Assembly: GCA_965153285.1 (NCBI GenBank)
Contig: OZ229112.1
Length of the DNA: 64,000 nt
Reading direction: 5' to 3' (one strand)
Origin: Podarcis tiliguerta
Taxonomy: Eukaryota
The position numbers and the translations under genes are program-made. The notes under the pieces were generated by a model. That model saw only the letters and a program-made list of their open reading frames with translations. It ran no database searches and was not told where the DNA came from. Below, in pieces: positions 10,902-22,269 of this stretch (its first letter is position 1; each line of letters starts with the position of its first letter).

Positions 10902-11493
10902 CAGGCATGTCCAACTTCAAGTAGGCTGTGATCTACTATCCAGTAAATAAAACGGGCAGTGATCTACCACACACTCCCATTGTCATTCTTCAACTTCTTC
11001 GCTTTAGGGGCGGAGGGGTAAGGCGTTGTTGGTGGCCAGGAAAACACCCTTTCTTTCCTTAGCACGGATTCACGGTCGATTCCATCGCCTTCTTCCACGT
11101 ATTGCCCAAACGGAGACTACAGCTGATTAAGCCACAGGCCAGTCTGTATGGAGGAGGAAGGAAAGGCGCTATCCAGCCTCGTCCTGAATGTGAAACATTG
11201 GCACCCCCATGCCCCACTTTCCTTTGCTCCCAAGGGGGACCGCTGCACCCTCTCTCCATCACACGAGTGTGGCCCTGCAGCACCCAGCAAGGGCCACCCA
11301 GCCGAGTGCAGCTTCCTTAGCAGAGCAAAGCAAGAGAAGTGTGCTCCGGAGCTCACGGTACGGCAAAAGCAGAGGCGCAGCTCGCTCCCTCCCACAGCAG
11401 AGCCCTGGCTGCGAAGAAGGAGCAAAGGCTGCCTGGCCATAGTGCAATTGAGGCATACATATTGAGGCGTGATTGAGGTGTTGGACATGTTAG
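10902..11493. mobile_element. Non-autonomous hAT element (592 bp) in AMD1 intron 8
   Basis: TIR CAGGCATGTCCAAC/GTTGGACATGTTAG. TSD CCTTAGAT/CTTTAGAT. Confidence 0.8.
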
Positions 11494-12181
11494 CTTTAGA
11501 TCACAATACACTGTTCAGTCTATAGTTCTTTTTCACAGGAGGACACTGAAACAGTCAAGGCCTTCCTCTTCTGCAATCAAGTGGTGGCCCCATAAAAATC
11601 TACAGTTCTCTCTGCAAAAGCATGAATGTTTACTACTTATAAGTTCAGTTTGAATTTGGAAAACATGCTTTGGATTATAGCCTTCAAATCAGTTAGGGTC
11701 CTCTAACATTTGGTGTGGTTTAAAGTAGCTCCTTGTCCTGTTTTCTCTTGACCAGCAACATTACAAAACCATATTTTGTCTCCTTTTTGCAACCGGAATA
11801 CACCTGTTATTCATTTCTTTCTTTCTTTTTAAATCAGTGTATTTGTGTTTTCTGAAGAAACGAAACAAAGATGCAAAAACTATGGCCATTGGGGGACGGG
11901 AACACTGAATGGCAATGGTAGTGGAAACAGTAAAGTTGATTGTGTGGAAGTAGCCTTTTATGTGCCATTCATGGCATTTCCAATTTATTATGATTTATGC
12001 AATAATAAAAATAAAATGCTGTAAGATGCCACAAAACTGGTTTTGCTGTAATAGACTGACTAGGTAAACATTTTCTGGATTACAAATACAATTACTTCTG
12101 TAATGCTTGTGGATAGCTGGATCATTTGGGATTATCTGGCTGCCAAAACTAGCCTACTGAAAGTAATACAAATGTTTGTAC

Positions 12182-12337
12182 CTGATTAACAAAGAGGGTT
12201 GTCACAAATTTTCCTGGCTTAAAAATGTCTATGACCTTCCTAATTAAGTCATCATAGGATGTCTGACTTATGTTGGTTTCAAAACTAACGTATGAGAACT
12301 CTGGTTCTGGAGTGATGTGAATAGTCCAATAAGTTCC
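12182..12337 (-). CDS. AMD1: AMD1 exon 8, [22 protein letters not shown]...TTLFVNQ
   Basis: cttttag| and |gtacaa, 156 nt. TIHITPE motif. Confidence 0.97.
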
Positions 12338-12433
12338 CTAAAAGAAAATAAAGGAACCAAGTTAGAAATCTCAACATGGCATCAGTTTATAAGTGAATTC
12401 TCATTGCAAAGAATAAAAAAATATGGCACTCAC

Positions 12434-12526
12434 ATCTGTTTTCATCCCATTCATTGAATATCCACAAGGATTGAACATTGTAGCATCAATGACAGAACCT
12501 GTTATCAGGTCACGAATTCCACTCAC
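12434..12526 (-). CDS. AMD1: AMD1 exon 7, [31 protein letters not shown]
   Basis: gctttag| and |gtgagt, 93 nt. FNPCGYSMN motif. Confidence 0.97.
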
Positions 12527-13224
12527 CTAAAGCCAAGAAAGTGTTTGTTTATTTAAGCTATTTATGTAGCTGACATTTATAAGCAGTGTACATAAAAATT
12601 AAAAAGATAAATTAAAACTAGTCATATAAACAGAAAGTCTTCTTAAAATGTGTGCTCATATTTAATCTTCGGTGTAGACTACTGCTTCAACCGATTAATG
12701 TATGTCTGATGAATCAGTTCTTTTCACCCATGGTGCCTCTCTTCCTCTCTCAAATAAGTTCAAGGCTTTAGATGTCTGGCTGTTAATTTACCTTATTAGT
12801 TTTAACTGGAGAAGCCAGTTAAGTAGCTGAGAATACTATTCCAGGTGCATGCATTTCACCATGTGTGTTTTAAGTTGTTCAAATGGTGTCTTCATTGAGA
12901 TATGGAGGAGAGATGTAGTGAATGTTCTATTGCTGACTAGGCAACCCTAAAACAAGTCAATGTTTCTTATAGTGACTACGATAACTTGTGCTTAAATTTA
13001 GTTAAAACTAAAAGCTTGCCTAGCATGTTTTAATTGTGGGAAAACTTTTCTACTCCCTGCATTTAATTAAAACCTTTTGAGTATTCCTATTTTACAGACA
13101 AATTAGCTGGCAATCAGGAAAGGATTTGCCTAACGACTTTACAAGTGAGGGGCTGGTGAGGACAGTCCTACATATTAGGAACTGTATTAGTCTCTGTTCT
13201 TCACAGTAGACAATTCACACTTAC

Positions 13225-13369
13225 ACGAGTGACATCATTTGCGGTAACACCATCTTTCATGTAGAACTGGTCCATAACTACTGGATCGAGCTCGCTCATC
13301 AGAATTTCCAGTGTTTGATCTGGCTGATTGATGACCCGACTCTCTGGAAAATCCAGAGTGTACAAGTAC
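13225..13369 (-). CDS. AMD1: AMD1 exon 6, [28 protein letters not shown]...DVTR
   Basis: taaacag| and |gtaagt, 145 nt. Contains DQTLE putrescine-site residues. Confidence 0.97.
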
Positions 13370-13471
13370 CTGTTTACAGGGGGCAGAGAATCAGAGAAGA
13401 TAATATATAGCACATAAAAGTCAAATTTGTACTGCTGAAGATTATAAAGTAATAATTCAAAGTAAACCTAC

Positions 13472-13514
13472 CAGCAGTCAGAGTTCATACGACCCATGCA
13501 ATAAGCTGCTCCAT
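13472..13514 (-). CDS. AMD1: AMD1 exon 5, (N)GAAYCMGRMNSDC(W)
   Basis: tttacag| and |gtaggt, 43 nt. Confidence 0.97.
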
Positions 13515-14481
13515 CTGTAAAAAGCAAACAAGACCAGGAATAGAGCTTAGAAACAAGGACTATCATCTTTGTTTTGAAACGTAATGTTTAGTACAGCTAA
13601 AAATTAATTCCATTGTCTAATTAGTGTCTCCATAACATCATGAGAGTAATTCACGCCATACATCAGTTTGTAGCAGTGATGTGGGGGTAGAAAACTAGTA
13701 CTGCAAACTGATTCCCCAACCCCTGTAAATATTTCCATTTTGTAAGTTCATTATTATCAACAACAAAAAGGATGCCTATTCCAGTATTAGGCAAGATTGA
13801 GTTTCAATGTTTTTATTTCATTTATTAAAATAAACATGCTAAATTAGATCACTCTGTGGCATCAGAAAATTTTCCAATGTATGCATGAAACCCCACATCA
13901 CTGGCTTGCAGCAAAAAAAATTTAAAAAAAATAGTATATTACTAGTTGGCACTGGAGATTTGTCGCTGTGCTTTTCTTACAGAGCTCCTAAGCTCTGACT
14001 ACTTATTATTGGCATTGGTTGTCCATGTGATTGCAAAAGAGACACAGCCATGTCTCACTGCCAAGCAATCTACTAGATTTGCTAGAACTACATAGCTCTT
14101 TGTCCATGCAACTGTTTTCTTTTTACCCTTTTCTGAACTTACGGTCAACAGAAGACAAGGGGGTATTATCACCCAAGGATACACATAAAAATATCGGACA
14201 TCCATCAAACTGTGTGCACTGTATAAACCTATTACATTTATCATACCATAATTCTGACTAGGTGTGAAAGTCTACATAAGAGTAGATAATGTAAGAGTCA
14301 GTTCTTGACATCTTTTGGTCAACTCAGACTATCACTTCTAATCAAGGCAAAGCTGCATTTTTAGCATGATAATGCTTTTATATTGGTTTACATGCTAGTT
14401 TCAACAACCCACTGCGCATAAGGCTCTTGGACAGTTGTTTATTATTTACAAGCATCCCATTAAAAATACACATTCACTTAC

Positions 14482-14584
14482 TTGGAAATATTTCATTAAG
14501 GAACTCTACTTCTTCCTGGAAATTCCTATGTGGGTACTCTTGATGGGAAGGCTTCATGAAATTCTTGCGTGAATAAAAGAAGCT
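14482..14584 (-). CDS. AMD1: AMD1 exon 4, [34 protein letters not shown]
   Basis: tctttag| and |gtaagt, 103 nt. Confidence 0.97.
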
Positions 14585-16214
14585 CTAAAGAATAAGAGGG
14601 GTGAAATTAAATATGCAGATTTTCTTAAAAGTTCCATTAGGATCAAAAGGAAATTATTTAAACACATGCTTCTGCTCAAGGCCTTTCCTTCTTGTCTACA
14701 ATTTAATCTATTGTCAACTCAAAGATGAATGCACTACTTTGCAAAAACAAAACATGACATCAGTTTTGTCACATATAATACATAAGAATGATCTGGAAAG
14801 ATTTTAAGTGGTGTCTTTAAAATACAGATTGGCAACTGCATATAGATAATGCAGGGGTTGGGGGTCACCAGAAGAATTGGTAACACTTTTGTTACACCAA
14901 GCTATTCCCTTCACTGAGTCAAATAAAGGAGAGTCCAATGATAAGGGCCATGACCTTGATTGTCAATATTGGGTATTAATTTCAGTAGCCCACCAATGCG
15001 TTTCAAAATTTTACCTGTTTAGCTACCAACATTTGGTTTTGCTGCTTTGATACATCATCAATCTACTTTACTATTATGCAGCTTGGAAATCCTAGGCTTA
15101 TACAAATGTCTGCCCCAAACAAGATACAATGAATTGATTTCATGGCCAAGAACACTATCTTAATATGTATTGCTTCCTCTCAATGTGGATTAGTGCTATT
15201 CAGAGATCCCATAAGCACATATAAATTGAAATAGCTTTAGTATGTTACAGTGCACTTTGATGTGTACATTAACAAAGTGATTATTTTGGAAAGCACTACC
15301 AAGATGCTTGCCAATTTCCAAGGTGCAGTGAGAGAAAATGACCATCAGGATGTCAAGAGGAGTGTTTCTAGAGCCTCTCCCTAGAGTGCTCTTTACATGC
15401 TGTGACTACAATTCAAGGCCCAGTGTCAGGCAAGGATAGGGTAAGGATAAGGAAACATATTACATGCTGTATTCATTACGGTGGCTTGGCCACACAACAA
15501 GGCCATATTGTGCCACACACTATTCTTGTAAATACAGAAAAATACTTTCATGAGTGCATTATTTCCAACTGCTTAAATAGTCTTTAAAAGAGGCCATGCA
15601 GACAATAGTGCTCAGGAACCTTAGTAGAACTTGTAGATTAAGATCACACAGAAGTAAAGTTAACTTTTGAAGCAAGGGACTGGGTAGAATATATCTGTTG
15701 TACAGTTGTGAACTGTGCATGTTCCAGCAAGCCATGTTTAACTGAAGGGTGCACTACAGGGCGTCCATATGGTATACTGATGGATAAGAACATCATGCAC
15801 TATCTTTGACCAAACCAGAACAACTTTTTGTCATGCATTTGACCAGAAGGTGAATTTGACCTGGCTCTCCCACAGCTTTTTCTGCTTGTACATAAAAACA
15901 CAGGCAATGTTACTTTATGGAACATGCATGTGTAAAGGCAATATGGGTTGCCATCCTGCTGGTATTGGTTTGTGAGAGATGTTGTATTCATTCCAAAAAA
16001 CACATTAACATGAAGAATATTCTTGTGCAGGATCCAGGAATCAATGTATTTCTATAAGATGTCTGCTGAAGCTTTAAACATAGAAACAACGCTGAAACAA
16101 GGTCTAGCACTCTACACTTCTCTTCCTTAAATATGTAAACCACCACCACACTTAAGAAATTAATATACCTTTCAATGCAGCTATAACGTAAGGATGAGAT
16201 TCTGGGTATCTTAC

Positions 16215-16341
16215 CTGAATCGAGTCAAACCCACAGTACTCTCTAGCAAGCTCTAACAGGGGAACCAGTGCCTGCAGTAAGAGGGTGGTACCACATGTCT
16301 TCAAAATGAAACGTCTCTTGGAGACAAACATGCTACTCTCA
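16215..16341 (-). CDS. AMD1: AMD1 exon 3, [22 protein letters not shown]...FDSIQ (E75/S76 autocleavage site, catalytic Cys)
   Basis: ttttcag| and |gtaaga, 127 nt. SE^SS pyruvoyl-forming site and KTCGTT motif. Confidence 0.98.
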
Positions 16342-18080
16342 CTGAAAAACAAAATACAATTGGTAGTGTTACATTTAATGCCTGGGTAGCTTTGGGAAAC
16401 TCAATTTATTTGTCAGCTGATTTGGTTCACTCAAAGCTGTTCTTAGGAAACATCCCTGGGAATGTTCCCTAAAGATTGGATGGGGGTGTATCATTCCACA
16501 ATGGGCTTTGGATCAGGCAGAAGCCTACAGCTCTCCTGCAGTACTTTTGCCTGCATCAACATTGTGACCTGACAAATTGCTCCCCTCACTGTTGGGAGAG
16601 AAGGTAGCTTCTAACAGTAAAGGCCTATGTCCTCAATATGCAGATTTGTGGTTGTCTTAAATACAGGGAAGGAATACAATGACAGCATTATATACCATCT
16701 TAAACACAGCTACTAATGGCTGATGAATTAGGCATATAGAATATTAGACAGTAACACTAATTTTCTCCTGAACAGCAACCACAAAACTTTCTATGGGTCT
16801 ATCTATGGGTTCATACCATGTGAAGAGACATTATCACATCTCTCACAAATGACAGCAAACGCTTTTTGCCGAGAGCAGGGAGACAGAGCCAACTGATCAG
16901 GGCTGCACTGCTGGGGGAAGGACGACTTTTCCCTACCCAGTACCATTTCCCAATTTAAGATCATCCCTTCCACAACTGCAACTGGCCCCACAGGGTGAAA
17001 AAAAAAGTGCATATATGTTTTCCACCATCAGACAGATATTAGTTTCAAAGGAAAAGGATTTAATTCTGAAATACTGAATTTGAAGCATGTTGAAAAGGAT
17101 TACCACCCACTGTAGTACTGCCATTATGATCTGACTTTCCTCTGCATTTTCCTCTTAGAAAGAACACCACAGACAATCCACTCACAATCTTCCAACATCT
17201 CATCTAGTTTGCCATCCCTTACAATGAAATGAATAATTAAGACTTCTGTATTGGTGAAAACCAGCATGGTAAAGAGGCTTCAGTGTTGGGACCAGATCCA
17301 AATCTCAACTTGACTACAAAGCTAATGATCAGACTTTGGTCAAGTCAGTATTCTTGACTTAACCTCCACCACAAGACTGCACTTAGCCTTAGAATGTTCG
17401 GGTGAACTTCTCATACAGTGTAAGTATAGCATGAAAATGTAACAAAAAGGGAGTTGGATAGGCTCCTTTTCTCCAAAGCTATACACTCCAACAAAACTCA
17501 TAATGGGGCTGTTTTGGGGTGCCCCTCCCCTGAGTATCCAAGCAACTCTACCCTATCTGTAGCCAAGAGGTGGCAATAAAAGACTATCACAATATTTATA
17601 CCATAGTACATATGCAGCCCAAAACACAGCATAATTTTATCAGAATCATCAACCTGTTCCAATTGGGGACCATTTGGGTAGCTGCAGAGTTGAGTTGGTG
17701 CTTGTTTTTTCAAGCAAGCATTTAGATTTGGAACTGATGGCAGAGGGTTGCCTACGTGTGTACAGGGATGTCTATGATCAGCAGAGCAGAGTATACTATA
17801 AAGGGTTTTTTTTAATTAAAAAAAGCTGTGGTGATCAGAACTGCATAAAACACTATAAGTGGGTACACAGACTGGGAATAGTAAGTATATTTCTCAACAC
17901 TGACTTTTTCCTCATTTACAACCACAGCACACAAATTCATGTTTTCATTGAGTTTTCTACTGGACCACCAAGATCTTACCTGACTACTAAAGCCAACAGA
18001 CCTATCAAGCAAATACATAACTTTGAACCTTAGTGATAAGATTGTTTCTAAAAAGCTATGTTTAACCTTTGTGAGCTTAC

Positions 18081-18167
18081 CTGAGTACATAAGCTTCCTG
18101 CTTGTCAGTTTTTGTCACACTTATGATCAAACAATGCACATTCTCCAAAAGTTTGTCCCACTCAAAC
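18081..18167 (-). CDS. AMD1: AMD1 exon 2, [28 protein letters not shown](S)
   Basis: ctaacag| and |gtaagc, 87 nt. Confidence 0.97.
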
Positions 18168-18629
18168 CTGTTAGGGAGAATAAAGTTTAAAATTTTAATT
18201 CAAGCAGAAATCCAATACGACTACAACATTACTATTTCAAGTCATAAACGGGTAGTAGAAACAAGCCCATAGCTGTAGTGCCCAATGCCTTATTTTCCTT
18301 CCTTAGTGATTTGTAGATTCTGTTTAACTACATGAGTAGTAACATAATGACCAGCCTCAGCATGGCTTAGATGTAAGCCACAGATGTAAGAGTAATAGTA
18401 GATTGCAATTCAACATGTTGCAAAACATTTTTTCTTTTGTGAAACATTTTTGTGTGTTAATTTTAGTATTTGGGCACTGGTATCTGAGTATTACCACTTA
18501 CAAGCCATCACATGCCTTTAGAATTAGAATATAGGAATGCTGCAAAAGCAGAATAAAGCCTGAAGTTTCAGCATAGGAGCCTGTTTCTGGCCTGGCTATG
18601 GCCTCACACACTGCAGTGTGACACTATAT

Positions 18630-18750
18630 GGCATGGATGAGGAACCTGTTGCCCTCCAGATGTTGTTCAACTATCCCTGACCATTGGCCATGTTGGTTGA
18701 GGCTCATGCAAGTTGGAATGCAACATCTGAAGGACCACAAGCTTTCTGCC
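18630..18750. mobile_element. Degenerate copy related to the palindromic hAT MITE
   Basis: GCCCTCCAGATGTT...ATCCCTGACCA...AACATCTG shared with 4387-4522. Confidence 0.55.
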
Positions 18751-20853
18751 ACTGCCATCTGGTGAACACAAGTGCATCTTTCAAGGCTTTATAGTCCAAG
18801 CCATGCTTCACAGCACATTGAAAACATTTTGCAAACCTGGAAAACATCACCATAGACAGGACACAGAAAGAACTAAAACAGAGTCTCATTCAGTTAGGAG
18901 GTTTGTCACAAACTGGAAGTATGAAAAATTGTCTCAAAAATTAGACAAAAGTGTTACCAAATGGAAGTTTTGGCATGGTGGCTAAAGAAATTGCTTTTAA
19001 AGGCTCATTTTAAAATTTAATTTTAAGGTGCTTCTTAAATATATTTTTAACTATTTCCTTGAACAACCACTAGGTTAATATTAATGTTTTCCCTAGAGAT
19101 CTCTGAACTGAGTAAGTGCCTTTCTTAGGTACATTTGAGTTAAAATGAGATTTTTCAATGTAAAATAATTAAAGTGATTATTTCTCATATACAAATATGT
19201 ACACCTCTACCTACCAAACATAGGTATTTCTTTTGCACTAGATGAAAATAAGCTACTCATGTCTGCTTATTAACTATCAATCATGGACATTTATTTTTGC
19301 TTGCTTTTTTGGCCGGGGGGGGGGGGGGGGATGTGCCAAGGCAGAATGAAGCAGAAACACAAGTAATATGACAACTGTCCAGTGCACCAATTCCAATATT
19401 CCCTTAATTATTAATTATTGTCATGGCTGAATGTCATTCCCTCTAAAAGTAAAACAGAATGCATGCAAAGGGTATACAGTACAATGAAGAGATACAAAAG
19501 CAAAATAAAATAGTGTCAATAAAAGTAGCTGTAATTAACATAATGTAGTGGTCAGATATACACCACTGTTTTAGAAATATATGTAGCAGATGGTTGCATA
19601 CCAATGAGTGTTTCTCCAGTTTGCAAATGTGTGCCCAGTCCCAAAGAGTTTGGCAACCCTACCCTTAGGATAACTTAATGGAATACCAACAAAATACTGA
19701 AGCACCATCAAATGTGCACATAACCTACATAATTAAGTCATAGCTGCCTATAGCATGATAGACTTAGTTTTTTCTATCAGAATGTTTGGACAAGCATTTG
19801 GCTTCCAGTTACTAGCATGTTTGCTACTGCAGTATTTAGAACAAATGACATCTTTTTAGCCTTACCAGTTTTTTACTATTCATAGACTGGTAGTGTTTTA
19901 GATCACAATTATGAAAGGGGTTTACTTTTCCCTGAGAAATTGTACCAATTTTTTCAGTAAGAATTAGGTTTTGATTTAACGTATCAAACCTTTGTCAATA
20001 CTAAGAGGATTCTGAATAGCCATGTTTGAGGGAAAAGCCTTATTTTCTTGTCTTACACAGAACTTTTGAGTTCTATGAGACGCCTCATTCTATATCCCAA
20101 TAACACTTTGGAATCAGTTCCATTTACATATTGGCTTCCAACATATGCCTTGGCAGACAGTAAGCTTAAGTTCTGTTTATTTGCTCAGCACTTACTAAAT
20201 AAGATCTGGAGAAAGGAAACTGATCCTAAACCTCCACCGCCTTGCAGCTATACTCATCCATGAAAAAGGCTCCGGGACTAAAACCTGAGGGAAAATCTGC
20301 ACCTGCTGCCTTGCAAAACATCTATGGGAAAAGAAAAATCTAAGGAGTAAATCCTACACAAATCCAGAGTGGAGTCCTCATAAGATGTCTTGTACACCTC
20401 CTGGCAACTCCTGCAATCAAGCTGGTCCAAATGCATTGCTCTGCTTTCCTTTGGACAGTTTTCTTATGAATAGCTCTAAAGGAAGGGAATGCTATGCTGG
20501 GGGGGGGGGGGGGACATGCTGCTCCACTGCAGTTACAGATGGAGCAATAGGATGAGGGGTCGCCATATTTCTTGCTTAGTAAGGAGGTGGAATTGAGAGA
20601 ACTTTATGCTAGTGAGGACCACATTGCACATGCTGGTGCACTTCCTTCCTTTATAATGCAACCTCTCTGTTCCTTCTTTGCATAAGGACCCACCCATAAG
20701 AAGCAGGAGTCAGTGGCTCACACTTTTTAACAACTTTGACTGCAGCAGAACCATAATGTTCAGGGGTCCACAACTTATTGGTGGTTGACTAACAAAGCTG
20801 CAGGATGGGTCTTGTCTGTGATATCACACTAACCTCCCAGGCAGTTGGGAATA

Positions 20854-21080
20854 CAGTGGTACCTCAGGTTAAGAATTTAATTCGTTCTGGAGGTCCATTC
20901 TTAACCTGAACTGTTCTTAACCTGAGGTACCACTTTAGCTAATGGGGCCTCCCGCTGCCGCGCAATTTCTGTTCTCATCCTGAAGCAAAGTTCTTAACCC
21001 AAGGTACTATTTCTGAGTTAGTAGAGTCCGTAACCTGAAGCACCTGTAACCTGAAGTGTCTGTAACCTGAGGTACAACTG
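20854..21080. mobile_element. Tc1/mariner-type MITE
   Basis: TIR CAGTGGTACCTCAGGTTA...TAACCTGAGGTACAACTG, TA target duplication. Confidence 0.88.
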
Positions 21081-21387
21081 TACCTCTAGCTTTACATAAC
21101 TGCAGGCACAAATCCCCCTCACACCAACTGAGGAAGTGAAGACTCAGCAAACAGTGAGAAGCCTTGCTGCTTTCCAAAACGCTCCAAGACACAGCCAGTA
21201 GCCTTCTCCAGGCTCCAGACAAGTGAACTGTAAGTGGTGACTACAGGTTCTGCTCCCTGCCATCAACATTATCTGCTCTATAACAGCATCAAGCAAAATG
21301 TGATGCTTCCTCCTCCACAAAACAAGTGCAGAAGAGTGGCAACAGATTTAAGTCCATCCTGCTCTGCTGCCTTGTACTTTGCACTTG

Positions 21388-21412
21388 ATTTATTTATTTA
21401 TTTATTTATTTA
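21388..21412. repeat. (ATTT)n microsatellite
   Basis: About 6 units. Confidence 0.9.
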
Positions 21413-21839
21413 TATAATTGTGGGTTTTATAAACAAGAATAATGTTATACAAATAAGTATACCAAGTTTTCTCATGTCATGTCAAAATAGCATAATAAAT
21501 GTGGGAAAATATCTACAACATATGTTTCATTATAAGTGGTCAATGTACACAAGTTTTTGGTTCATGAATTGGTTTAAAACAATTAGGAAGAAGACGAAAA
21601 AAGAAAGGAAGAGGAGGAGAGGGAATGGTGAGTGGGGTGGGGTCAGGTGGTTATGCTTCTATTATTCTACTTAGGGGGGCCTGTGTCAGTGTTACTTCTA
21701 TGGATTCTCTTACTATGCACTTGTGGTGAGATAGGTTGGGGGTGGCTTACGGTGTACTTTGAGCTTCTTCAAGCAAAAAAACTGTTTCAAGATGGCTGCT
21801 ACTGTACATCAACCTTCCCACTCCCTTAAAATCAGAGCC

Positions 21840-22080
21840 AGTTCAAAGAACTATCAAGAGATCCTGGACAGACAAAATGAAGTACTTTACATTGTAGAGA
21901 GTTAAATTATGGGGTTTCCTATCATAAGATGTAGTGATGACCACTACCTTAGGACAGCTTTAAAAGAGGATTATACAAATTGAGAGGATAAGGCTATCAA
22001 TGGCTAGGTCCTACCTCCAGTATTGGAGGCTGTATGCCTCTGAATACCTGTTGCTGAGGAGCACACGTGGAGAGAGTGCC
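21840..22080 (+). mobile_element. CR1 3' fragment
   Basis: Similar to 30400-30600 (GGATAAGGCT, TATTGGAGG, CTGAATACC). Confidence 0.6.
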
Positions 22081-22084
22081 AAGG

Positions 22085-22269
22085 GTAAAACCCTGGTTAT
22101 GTTTAGACCGAGGTGCATATTCCCTAATGAGGCCTCCCGCCGCCGGTGCCCTTCCACCATTTGGCTTCCATTCCTAGACCGAGGTAAAGTTCGCTAACCG
22201 AAACACTACTTCCGGTTTGTATACCGAATTGTTCATAAACAGGGCTGTTCTTAAACCAAGGTACCACTG
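22085..22269. mobile_element. Partial related mariner-type MITE
   Basis: Right TIR CCAAGGTACCACTG and shared CTAATGRGGCCTCCCGC core. Confidence 0.6.

Noticed and set aside
19315-19331. Poly-G runs (also ~20498-20512 and ~42282-42296)
   Set aside because: Simple homopolymers of unreliable length with no supporting context.
20854-21080. Internal TAACCTGA repeats resembling a repeat-spacer array
   Set aside because: They are sub-terminal repeats of a mariner MITE in a eukaryotic genome, not CRISPR.
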